From the IMG/VR virus record IMGVR_UViG_3300036770_005052, positions 1-64,000 of that record: 64,000 bases of DNA. One strand, given 5' to 3'. Origin of the DNA: a virus. A program made the translations under genes and the position numbers. Under the pieces are notes generated by a model. That model searched no databases. It had not been told where the DNA came from and saw only the letters and a list, made by a program, of their open reading frames with translations. This document shows, piece after piece, positions 35,901 through 44,667 of the stretch (its first letter is position 1; every line of letters begins with the position of its first letter).

Positions 35901-38900
35901 TCTTCAAGGTGATCGGGGAGTTCAGGGAACTCAAGGATTGCAAGGTCTTCAAGGTACTCAAGGACTTCAAGGTGATCAAGGTACTCAAGGTACTCAAGGT
36001 ACTCAAGGTATTGGATCCCAGGGTACTCAAGGGCTACAAGGTAATCAGGGAACTCAAGGTTTACAAGGTGATCAGGGTACTCAAGGATTACAGGGTACAC
36101 AAGGTTTACAAGGTGATCAGGGTACTCAAGGATTACAGGGTACACAAGGTTTACAAGGTGATCAGGGTACTCAAGGACTTCAGGGTACTCAAGGTGTAGG
36201 TACTCAAGGTACTCAAGGTACTCAAGGATTACAAGGTCTTCAGGGAACACAAGGTACTCAAGGACTGCAGGGTGATCAAGGTACTCAAGGATTACAGGGA
36301 ATTCAAGGTACTCAAGGTCATCAAGGAACCCAAGGATTCCAAGGTACTCAAGGATTACAAGGTCTTCAAGGTCTTCAAGGTCTTCAAGGTCTTCAAGGTC
36401 TTCAAGGTAATCAAGGAATTCAAGGATTACAAGGTACTCAAGGTGTTGGAGCGCAGGGTAATCAAGGTTTACAAGGATTGCAGGGTACTCAAGGATTGCA
36501 GGGTAATCAAGGTACTCAAGGACTACAAGGTAATCAGGGCACTCAAGGATTGCAAGGATTGCAAGGTAATCAGGGTACTCAAGGATTACAAGGCACTCAA
36601 GGTTTACAGGGTGTTCAAGGATTAAGTAATCAAGGTGTTCAAGGTTCTCAGGGATTACAAGGTACTCAAGGTCTTCAAGGTACTCAAGGTGTTGGATCGC
36701 AAGGTACTCAAGGATTGCAAGGTGATCAAGGTACTCAAGGTTTACAGGGATTTGAAGGTTCTCAAGGAACTCAAGGACTGCAAGGTAATCAGGGTACTCA
36801 AGGAGTTCAAGGACTCCAAGGTACTCAGGGTGTTGGATCACAGGGTTCTCAAGGACTTCAAGGACTTCAAGGTGATCAGGGTACTCAAGGCACTCAAGGT
36901 ACTCAAGGAGTTCAAGGTGATCAGGGTATTCAAGGATTAAGTAATCAAGGTGTTCAAGGTTCTCAAGGATTACAAGGTACTCAAGGATTGCAAGGTGACC
37001 AGGGAACTCAAGGTAATCAAGGTGTAGCTGGTCCAGTAGTAGGTTCTGCAAATCAGATTGTTTATAAGGATGCTTCTAATAATCCTACTGGTTCAAATAA
37101 TCTAACTTTTGATGGGAATAATCTCTTTGTTAATGGAAACATTACTATTGGTGGAACCACGGCATTTCTTGCAGTAAATGAACTTAAAGTAAAAGATAAA
37201 GATATTATAATTGGTATTACTACAGATGCTTTTGGAAATGATGTTTCAACTGATACGTCAGCAAATCATGGTGGTATCGCAATTGCTTCTACTGAAGGTT
37301 CTCCATTAGTTAATTTTCCAATATCCGGAATTAATAGTTTACCTACCACATATAAACAAATTATGTGGGTTAAAGGGGGAACTTATGGTGCTGAAACAGC
37401 AGATGCTTGGCTATTTAATTATGGTGTTGGTATTGGTTCTACTCAAGTTCCTAGTGGAGTTGTATTGTCTGTTGGAGGACCAATTAAATTTGATAGTACT
37501 ATTCGTGATATTTACAATAATGTTGGTATTGCAGGATCTATACTTATTTCAACAGGAATTGGAGTAAGTTGGGCAACTCCTTATGATGCTGGATTGCAAG
37601 GGTCACAAGGAACCCAAGGTCTTCAGGGATCACAAGGATCGCAAGGTAACCAAGGTACTCAAGGTGTTGGATCACAAGGTACTCAAGGTACTCAAGGTCT
37701 TCAAGGTGATCAAGGAATACAAGGTCTTCAAGGTTCTCAAGGACTTCAGGGAGATCAAGGTACTCAAGGTGCTCAAGGTTCAATTGGTTCTCAAGGAACT
37801 CAAGGATTCCAGGGAATACAAGGAAATCAAGGTCTCCAAGGTAATTTTGGTAATCAAGGAGTACAAGGAGCACAAGGATCTCAAGGAGTTCAAGGACTTC
37901 AGGGAGATCAAGGTACTCAAGGTGCTCAAGGTATTCAAGGTGGAATCGGTATAGGAACTACATCTTTATGGAAAGGTGTTAGACAAAGTTTTACCGCTGC
38001 TAATTTAACTGCGACTAGTTCTTGGACCAAATTTGTAGGCTATGCTTCCACAGACATAGATACGGATTCTTTTGCAAATGGAAATTATGGATATACTATA
38101 CCTGCTAATGTATCAAAAATAAAATTTACAGTAAGTGTCAGACCATCTTCTTCGGTAAGTAATCAATGGGCATTATATAAGGATGGTAATGTAGTTAGTC
38201 CTAGTGCATTTTTTATTGAAGCAGAATCTGGAGCTGGATATAGTAATGGTAGTGCGACAGGAGTTAGTGCAACATTAGATGTTTCTGAAGGTGAAATATT
38301 TGATCTTAGATATTTTGTATCATCAACTACTCCAACATGGACTGGATTTTTTGAAATGCAAGTTCTTGAAGGAAAACTTCTGGGAACATATTATGGTGGA
38401 ATAGGTCCACAAGGTACTCAAGGTCTCCAAGGTCTTCAAGGTGTTGGATCCCAGGGTACTCAAGGACTCCAAGGTGATCAAGGAATTCAAGGAGTTCAAG
38501 GATTCTTAAGTAACTTCCAAGGAACGCAAGGTATTCAAGGTTCTCAAGGTACTCAAGGACTTCAAGGTGATCAAGGTACTCAAGGAATGCAGGGTACTCA
38601 AGGAATGCAGGGTACTCAAGGAACCTTTATTCAAGGACTTCAAGGACTTCAAGGTGCTTCTATTCAAGGTGCTGCAGGATCTGGTGGTGGGGGTGGAGGA
38701 TCAATTGCTATTCTTGACGACACCTCTACAAATGATACATTTTATGTTGGTATTGCATCAACCACGACTGGAAATCTTGCGACTTTAAATGTATCCTCAT
38801 CTAAACTTACATTTAATCCATCAACAGGAAATCTTGTTGCGGGTGGTACAGTTACTGCAAACTCTGATGAAAGACTCAAGACAAATGTTAAGACGATTTC

Positions 38901-39132
38901 AAATGCTCTTGAAAAAGTATTATCATTACGTGGAGTAGAATATGATCGTATAGATAATGGAGATCATCAGATTGGTGTGATTGCTCAAGAAGTCGAACAG
39001 ATTATTCCCGAAGTTGTATATCCAAAATCACCAAGTCCAGATTATGAAACAAAATCTGTTGCTTATGCAAACTTAGTTGGTCTTTTGATTGAAGCAGTCA
39101 AAGAATTGAATGAAAAGATAGAGAGGAAATAA
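32908..39132 (+). CDS. Collagen-like (Gly-X-Gln) tail fibre with C-terminal intramolecular chaperone (peptidase S74)
   Basis: Five GXQ tracts, VGIGT beta repeats, SDERLKTNV...IGVIAQEVE...LIEAVKEL. Confidence 0.88.
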   Translation: MPDIRVNVNPSNVTNVRVGPENAIKVVSSATGPSGAQGIQGTQGFTGSGDQGVQGTPGGFAGKGDQGAQGLQGYQGIQGLGAQGLRGDQGTQGLQGTQGLQGTQGSQGTQGVGSQGTQGLQGTQGSQGTQGVGSQGTQGLQGYQGTQGLQGTQGSQGTQGLQGYQGLQGLQGSQGSQGTQGLQGDQGIQGTQGLQGYQGLQGLQSSQGLQGLQGSQGLQGSQGLQGTQGLQGDQGIQGIQGSQGIKGDPGIAGETYWEKNSTGINTSSNVGIGTTNAQYTLSVTNNTSSTQDLSNVLADFSGNVNSFTQVNIRNAFSGSNSSSDLVFTADNGNNELNFLNLGINNTGFGTDTWTINGPTDGYLYASDGNLSLGVGKTTSYLSLFSGGTLAENEKVRFTNNGVGIGTTLTPAFLNVSGDVIFEGVTTTELLRVTQLGTGPAFLVEHGSRNDTNAFTILNSGQVGIGVLTPAEQYVLEVDGGDIRFVKGGEGDVVITHENLVSNVRAEGTVQLGLGANGQNDAIRIDLNQNVGIGSTLPKSKLDVTGNARISGILTVGSSSITLDGNTNIMNVGAGVTLYGNTGIVSATSFYGDGSKLTGVGSSLTVSTRTGYAGINSTDAITNVSAIRFDKNTGFAVTDLGNGEVFVEFGSTFKTWTVDGQTSLEAVGEDTVEFVAGPGIAITTRASDPKKITFSTTSGIGSTGSQGTQGLQGSIGSQGFQGLQGSIGSQGFQGLQGDQGIQGIQGLQGSQGLQGDQGSQGLQGTQGLQGIQGIQGLQGLQGDQGIQGTQGLHGDQGTQGLQGSQGSQGSQGTQGLQGIQGLQGLQGLQGTQGLQGSQGFQGLQGLQGTGSQGNQGLQGVGSQGNQGLQGLQGSIGSQGFQGLQGDQGIQGSQGTQGLQGSIGSQGFQGLQGPIGPKGTDGTSVTIKGSLALTPGNEQTQLNDSGNSWYPPQSGDGVIDSNTGNLWVYNGSTWNNVGSVRGPQGTQGTQGSQGSQGNQGLQGDRGVQGTQGLQGLQGTQGLQGDQGTQGTQGTQGIGSQGTQGLQGNQGTQGLQGDQGTQGLQGTQGLQGDQGTQGLQGTQGLQGDQGTQGLQGTQGVGTQGTQGTQGLQGLQGTQGTQGLQGDQGTQGLQGIQGTQGHQGTQGFQGTQGLQGLQGLQGLQGLQGLQGNQGIQGLQGTQGVGAQGNQGLQGLQGTQGLQGNQGTQGLQGNQGTQGLQGLQGNQGTQGLQGTQGLQGVQGLSNQGVQGSQGLQGTQGLQGTQGVGSQGTQGLQGDQGTQGLQGFEGSQGTQGLQGNQGTQGVQGLQGTQGVGSQGSQGLQGLQGDQGTQGTQGTQGVQGDQGIQGLSNQGVQGSQGLQGTQGLQGDQGTQGNQGVAGPVVGSANQIVYKDASNNPTGSNNLTFDGNNLFVNGNITIGGTTAFLAVNELKVKDKDIIIGITTDAFGNDVSTDTSANHGGIAIASTEGSPLVNFPISGINSLPTTYKQIMWVKGGTYGAETADAWLFNYGVGIGSTQVPSGVVLSVGGPIKFDSTIRDIYNNVGIAGSILISTGIGVSWATPYDAGLQGSQGTQGLQGSQGSQGNQGTQGVGSQGTQGTQGLQGDQGIQGLQGSQGLQGDQGTQGAQGSIGSQGTQGFQGIQGNQGLQGNFGNQGVQGAQGSQGVQGLQGDQGTQGAQGIQGGIGIGTTSLWKGVRQSFTAANLTATSSWTKFVGYASTDIDTDSFANGNYGYTIPANVSKIKFTVSVRPSSSVSNQWALYKDGNVVSPSAFFIEAESGAGYSNGSATGVSATLDVSEGEIFDLRYFVSSTTPTWTGFFEMQVLEGKLLGTYYGGIGPQGTQGLQGLQGVGSQGTQGLQGDQGIQGVQGFLSNFQGTQGIQGSQGTQGLQGDQGTQGMQGTQGMQGTQGTFIQGLQGLQGASIQGAAGSGGGGGGSIAILDDTSTNDTFYVGIASTTTGNLATLNVSSSKLTFNPSTGNLVAGGTVTANSDERLKTNVKTISNALEKVLSLRGVEYDRIDNGDHQIGVIAQEVEQIIPEVVYPKSPSPDYETKSVAYANLVGLLIEAVKELNEKIERK

Positions 39133-39133
39133 T

Positions 39134-41917
39134 ATGCCAGTAGGAATTGGATCTACTCAGATTACTGGAATCAGCGTAGTTGCTAATCCAGCAGACGCTG
39201 CAAATAAACAATATGTGGATTCTTCTTCCGGTGGATTGCCATCTATTGATGGTAATGAAAATGAGTTTTTATTCACTGATGGTTCTACTGTATCGTGGCA
39301 ACCAATACAAGGTTATCAAGAATATACGACTGCGGGAAATTATGTATTTGATATCCCAACACAAGCAAAAGAACTGTTCATAGAAGCAACAGGTGCCGGA
39401 GGTGGTGGAGCACCAGGTTCGGCAACTACATCAACAACTTATACAAGTCGTGGAGAATTTTGGTTTTTAAGAACTTCTGGAACAACAAGCAATTTTACTG
39501 GAAATGGTAATGTTGGAAATCCACTCGGATCCTATGGACTTGGTTTTTATGTAATGGGAACTGGTAGTGGGACAATATTTGCATCTACAGACTCAATTAC
39601 TTGGGTTGCAAGAACTTCTGGGTTTGGAACTTCCGTAATTTGGACTGTAAATTATGGATCAAATATTTTTATAAGTACGTGTGCCATTACTGGTACTGGT
39701 CCATTAAGAACTTCAACGGATACGATTCACTGGATTTTGAGAACAAGTGGTTCTGTTTCACAAATAATAACGACAATATCAACTGATAATAATTTTCATC
39801 TGTATGCTGATCAAAATGGGCAGATTAGATCTTCCACAGATGGAATAACCTGGAATATCAGAACAACACCAACTAGGGCTACATTTTCTTTGTACGCTCG
39901 TGCATACTCTGCTTCTCCGAGTACTAATTATGTATTTGCGGGGAGTACGGGAATTGTTGCATCAACAGATGGAATAGTATGGCAATTAAGAACTTCTGGA
40001 CTAGGTTCTGTTACATTTTATCGTGGAACATATGGAAATGGCATATATCTTTTTGGAACTAGTGGTGGAACTTTAATTGCTTCTACCGATACAATTGTTT
40101 GGACTTCTAGAAATTATCCTAGTGGATCTTCTAATCAAATATCTGATGTAATTTTTGGAAATAATACTTATATTGTTAATCAGTATAACAATAGGTATTT
40201 AATTACCTCAACAGATTCTATAGTATGGATTGTAAGAACTTCTCCTGCAGTATCAGTTCACTACTGTGCAGGTATTTTTGGAAATTCAATATTTGTTTAT
40301 GGTTCTGAAACTGGTCGTATAATAGCATCTGATATACCATCAGGTAATGCTGGATCTGGGGGTGGTGGAGGGGCATCTATAGGATCTATAATCTCAAGAT
40401 CAAATATTTCAGGATCAACTCTTAATGTAAATGTTGGATCTGGTGGAACTTCAGGAACTGCTGGCGCAGCATCAACAGTATCTTGGACAAGTCCTGGAGG
40501 AAATTTTTCAATTACTGCAAACGGTGGATCTGCAGGAGTGAATACATTCTTAAGTACAAGTAATATTGTTCCTGGTGGTGCTGGCGGAACGGTAACAGTT
40601 TCAAATAATTATGTTTATTCTTCTGCAGGAACTGCTGGTGGTAATGGAGGATATTTTGAATCATCAACGAATAATATGCAAGGTTTAGCAGGATCGGATG
40701 CGACTTCAACAACTCTTGTATATCAAACTACTGGTGGTGGAGGTGGAGCATCTTCTTTATTTGATGGACAATTTGGAACTTTTGGTGGAACAATAAACTA
40801 TTATGGAAATACATATCAAAACTCAAAAACTATATCTGCTTTAATGAATGGTACAAGTTCATTACCAATAAGTGGTCTTTCTTATGGAAATGGTGGAAAT
40901 GGTGGTGGAGCACAACATGGTGCAGTTGCTTGGGTTTTAAGAACTTCTGGATTTGGAGCGACTGCTTATGAAATTGGTTATGGAAATGGAATTTATATAC
41001 TTTGTGGAAATGGAGGAAGATTATCTACTTCTACTGATACCATAACCTGGATCGCAAGAACATCTGGATTTGGAACATCTAATATAAATGCAACACTGTA
41101 TGCCAACAATAATTATCTTATATTTGGAAGTGGTGGAGCAATAAGTATTTCCACAGATTCTATTGGATGGACAGCAAGAACAACTGCCGGTGCTGCCACT
41201 GGTATTCTTGGAAATCCTAATAATGGTGGACCATCGGCAATTTATGCAAATGATTTATATTTTATTTGCGGTTCTTCTATGATATTATTAATATCTACTG
41301 ATTCAATTGTATGGACACAAAGAACAACAAATATGTCAACTTTAGATGTAAGATCTATTGCATATGGAAGTGATAAAACGGAAAAATATGTTATATCTGG
41401 TTCTAGTAGTAACATACGTAGTTCTACGGATACTATTGTTTGGACTTTAAGAACACTTGGTCAATCTGCAACAACTGTAGGATCTCTACAATATTTTAAT
41501 CAAAATTATTATGCATTTACCCAGGGAGGTTTATTTGTTACCTCAACTGATGCAATAGTTTGGACTTTACTTAGAAATAGTGGCGTTCAATATACTTCTG
41601 CAATTTCATCTAATTCATTAATAGTTGGTGGATCTTTAGGGTGGATTACAACATCTACAAATGGCATTTCGTGGGTATTGAGAACGTCTGGAGTTTCTAC
41701 AAATGCTTTTTCTTGTGCTTATGGTAATGGATTATTTTTAGCAACTTATGGTGCAGGTGCTCAAGTAATTGTTGCTGACTCAAATATAAATGGTGGAAAT
41801 GGTGGTGCTGGAACTAAAGGTGGTGGTGGAGGTGGTGGAGGTTATAATTTAGCAACAAATACTGTTGGAACTGGTGGAACTGGTGGTGATGGATATGTTC
41901 GTATTAGTTGGCAATAA
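39134..41917 (+). CDS. Glycine-rich virion protein with two 7-repeat beta-propeller modules
   Basis: DAANKQYVD; Gly-rich scaffold ending GGDGYVRISW; STDxIxWxLRT repeats. Confidence 0.75.
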   Translation: MPVGIGSTQITGISVVANPADAANKQYVDSSSGGLPSIDGNENEFLFTDGSTVSWQPIQGYQEYTTAGNYVFDIPTQAKELFIEATGAGGGGAPGSATTSTTYTSRGEFWFLRTSGTTSNFTGNGNVGNPLGSYGLGFYVMGTGSGTIFASTDSITWVARTSGFGTSVIWTVNYGSNIFISTCAITGTGPLRTSTDTIHWILRTSGSVSQIITTISTDNNFHLYADQNGQIRSSTDGITWNIRTTPTRATFSLYARAYSASPSTNYVFAGSTGIVASTDGIVWQLRTSGLGSVTFYRGTYGNGIYLFGTSGGTLIASTDTIVWTSRNYPSGSSNQISDVIFGNNTYIVNQYNNRYLITSTDSIVWIVRTSPAVSVHYCAGIFGNSIFVYGSETGRIIASDIPSGNAGSGGGGGASIGSIISRSNISGSTLNVNVGSGGTSGTAGAASTVSWTSPGGNFSITANGGSAGVNTFLSTSNIVPGGAGGTVTVSNNYVYSSAGTAGGNGGYFESSTNNMQGLAGSDATSTTLVYQTTGGGGGASSLFDGQFGTFGGTINYYGNTYQNSKTISALMNGTSSLPISGLSYGNGGNGGGAQHGAVAWVLRTSGFGATAYEIGYGNGIYILCGNGGRLSTSTDTITWIARTSGFGTSNINATLYANNNYLIFGSGGAISISTDSIGWTARTTAGAATGILGNPNNGGPSAIYANDLYFICGSSMILLISTDSIVWTQRTTNMSTLDVRSIAYGSDKTEKYVISGSSSNIRSSTDTIVWTLRTLGQSATTVGSLQYFNQNYYAFTQGGLFVTSTDAIVWTLLRNSGVQYTSAISSNSLIVGGSLGWITTSTNGISWVLRTSGVSTNAFSCAYGNGLFLATYGAGAQVIVADSNINGGNGGAGTKGGGGGGGGYNLATNTVGTGGTGGDGYVRISWQ

Positions 41918-41930
41918 GGAGGAACTATAA

Positions 41931-44639
41931 ATGACAACTGCAGGACCTAATTATATTTCTGGTATTACCACATCAACATTTGAGAATACTGACGTAGTGA
42001 ATAAATCTTATGTTGATAATCTTTCTAGTAGTTCTTTGCCATCACAGACAGGAAATAATGGAAAGTTTTTCACTACAACTGATGGTACTAATGTTTCTTG
42101 GGATTATGTTTCTAATTATCAAGAATTTACAACTTCAGGATCACAAACATTTACAGTTCCGTCTCAAGCAAATCTTTTATATATTGAGGCAGTTGGTGGT
42201 GGGGGTGGAGGGAGTACTGGAACGACAGGATTTACATATGCAAAGAATGGACTTACTTGGTCATTAAGAACTTCTGGATTTGGTTCATCTTCAATTACAA
42301 ATGTTTTATTTGGTGGGTCAACTTATGTTGCGAGTGGTGCTTCATATCTTGCAACATCTACAGATAATATTACTTGGATCTCAAGAACTTCTGGATTTGG
42401 AACTTCAAATATTAATGGATTGACTTATTCTAATAATGAATATTTGATTGGTAGTGTTGGTGGTAGTGGACAAATTTGGACTCAAAGAACAGTTGTTGGA
42501 ACTTCAACGGGTCTTGGTGCTCTTGCATATGGTAATGGATTTTACCTTGCTGGAGGTTATGGGACAAATGCTCATGTTCAGGTTTCTACAGATACTATTC
42601 GGTGGGTTTTAAGGACCTCTGCAAACAGGGCTACAGCATCAGTTATGCAAACGATGGTCTTTGGTGGAGGTATCTATGTTGTTGGAGACTCTTGGCCACA
42701 GATAAGAACTTCGACAAATACTATTCAATGGTCTTTAAGAACTGGTGGATTTCTTGGTTCTGGAGTAATTAATAGATTTGCTTACAGTGAAACGCCAACA
42801 GAAAAATATGTTGGGGGCAAAAGTGGAGGAGGAGTAATATCTTCTACAAATGCTATTCAGTGGACTTTAAGAACATCTGGATTTGGTACTTCTCCTATTA
42901 GTAGTCTTATTTACGGAACTGATAGTTATATTGCTGGTGGAGTCGGTGGAATAATAAGAATTTCAACTGATGCAATTTCTTGGACTTTAAGAACATCGGG
43001 ATTTGGAACTTCTACAATTAGTGCTCTTGTTTATGGGAGTGTTTATGTTGTTGCTGGAGTTTCTGGAACTTTATTATCTTCAACAGATACGATTGTTTGG
43101 TCTTTAAGAACATCGGGATTTGGAACTTCTACAATTAATTTCCTTACATATGGCAATAACTTTTATGTTGCTGGTGGTGCATCAGGAACTAATACATTTT
43201 CTACTGATGCGATTGTGTGGACTTTAAGAACTTCAGGATTTGGAACCACCTCCATTAACTCATTATTGTTTGATGGTGCTAGTACTTTTGTTCAGTCATC
43301 TATTGCTTCAAATACTCTTTCAACATTTTCAACTACTACTACTACTAGTGCTACATTAAGTTCATCTACTGATGCAGTATCGTGGTCTTTGAGAACTTTT
43401 AATACAGGTTCTCAAACAATCACATTATTGAATTCATTTGGTTCTTATTCCCTTGCTCATGGAACAGATTATTTTGCTGAATATAATTTATTGAGTGTAT
43501 CTACAGATAATATAAATTGGGAATTAAGAACATCTGGATTTGGAAGCAATCAAATTACTTCATTTGGATATGATGGTACTTCTTATCTTGCTGTAGGACA
43601 ATCTGGAGCATTAACTGTTTCGACTGATACGATTACTTGGATCTTAAGAACTTCTGGATTCGGAACAACTTTAATTGATGCATTAACTTATGGAAATGGA
43701 GTATATGTTGCTGGAGGTTTATCTGGCACTTTGACATCTTCTACAGATACAATAGTTTGGACTTTAAGAACTACTGGTAATGGAACATATACTATAAACT
43801 CTTTATCATATTCAAATACTGCAAGCAACTTTATTTTTGCTGGAGATTTTGGGGATATATTTACTTCTACTGATGCAATTGTATGGAGAATGAATACTTC
43901 TCTTACGACTGCAAATCTTTTAACTTCAGTTCATACAAATAATACTTATTTGGTTGCTGGAGCATCTGGAACTTTATCGCAAGCAGTTACTCAACTCTCT
44001 GGAATTGGCGGTTCTGGTGGATCTTATACTTCTTGGTATATTCCAAAACCTATTGTGACTTCTGATATAACTGTGAATATTGGCGTTGGTGGAACTGGGG
44101 CAACAACTGAAAGTACTTCCGGATCTGCTGGCGCGGGAACAACAATATCATGGACTGGACCTGGAGGAACTTATACACTAGTTGCAAATGGTGGTGGTGC
44201 TGCCGGAGTTGCTGGAATTGCTCAAACTAATATTACGAGTTATTTTTATACAACTGCTGGTGGATCTGGTGGTATTGCAACTAGTGGAATTGGAGTTACT
44301 GCAACTGCACAAATAAATCAATATCAATCAACAGGTGGTGGTAGTGGAGCAGGAACACCATCTTCCGCAGGGGGTTCTGGTGGTTCAATCACTTTTTATG
44401 GAAATACTATTTTCTCTGCTGGCGGTGATAATACGGGAACAAATGGTGCAACTGGTATTGCCATCACTTCATTACCTTATGGTTTTGGTGGAGGAGGTGG
44501 TGGTGCTGGAGCATCAACTGCAGGATCTGGCGGTAATGGAATTCGTGGAGGAGGTGGAGGTGGTGGTGCTGCCATTGGTTCTACCTTTGGAAATGGTGGT
44601 GATGGTGGTGATGGATTCGTGAGAATCACATGGTGGTAA
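41931..44639 (+). CDS. Glycine-rich virion protein with 14 propeller repeats
   Basis: Paralogue of 39134; ends GGDGFVRITWW. Confidence 0.75.
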   Translation: MTTAGPNYISGITTSTFENTDVVNKSYVDNLSSSSLPSQTGNNGKFFTTTDGTNVSWDYVSNYQEFTTSGSQTFTVPSQANLLYIEAVGGGGGGSTGTTGFTYAKNGLTWSLRTSGFGSSSITNVLFGGSTYVASGASYLATSTDNITWISRTSGFGTSNINGLTYSNNEYLIGSVGGSGQIWTQRTVVGTSTGLGALAYGNGFYLAGGYGTNAHVQVSTDTIRWVLRTSANRATASVMQTMVFGGGIYVVGDSWPQIRTSTNTIQWSLRTGGFLGSGVINRFAYSETPTEKYVGGKSGGGVISSTNAIQWTLRTSGFGTSPISSLIYGTDSYIAGGVGGIIRISTDAISWTLRTSGFGTSTISALVYGSVYVVAGVSGTLLSSTDTIVWSLRTSGFGTSTINFLTYGNNFYVAGGASGTNTFSTDAIVWTLRTSGFGTTSINSLLFDGASTFVQSSIASNTLSTFSTTTTTSATLSSSTDAVSWSLRTFNTGSQTITLLNSFGSYSLAHGTDYFAEYNLLSVSTDNINWELRTSGFGSNQITSFGYDGTSYLAVGQSGALTVSTDTITWILRTSGFGTTLIDALTYGNGVYVAGGLSGTLTSSTDTIVWTLRTTGNGTYTINSLSYSNTASNFIFAGDFGDIFTSTDAIVWRMNTSLTTANLLTSVHTNNTYLVAGASGTLSQAVTQLSGIGGSGGSYTSWYIPKPIVTSDITVNIGVGGTGATTESTSGSAGAGTTISWTGPGGTYTLVANGGGAAGVAGIAQTNITSYFYTTAGGSGGIATSGIGVTATAQINQYQSTGGGSGAGTPSSAGGSGGSITFYGNTIFSAGGDNTGTNGATGIAITSLPYGFGGGGGGAGASTAGSGGNGIRGGGGGGGAAIGSTFGNGGDGGDGFVRITWW

Positions 44640-44667
44640 TAAATACTCTTATATAAAAGTCGAATAA

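Noticed and set aside
33001-38680. Dense short repeats as a possible CRISPR array or DGR
   Set aside because: The repeats are in-frame codon triplets with no unique spacers, no cas or reverse transcriptase gene, and no adenine-specific TR/VR pair.
32993-38788. Long alternative-frame and antisense ORFs (KVLKD.., LEYLE..) over the collagen gene
   Set aside because: They are by-products of the 9-nt GGN-NNN-CAR periodicity, which lacks stops in other frames. They have no RBS or independent signal.
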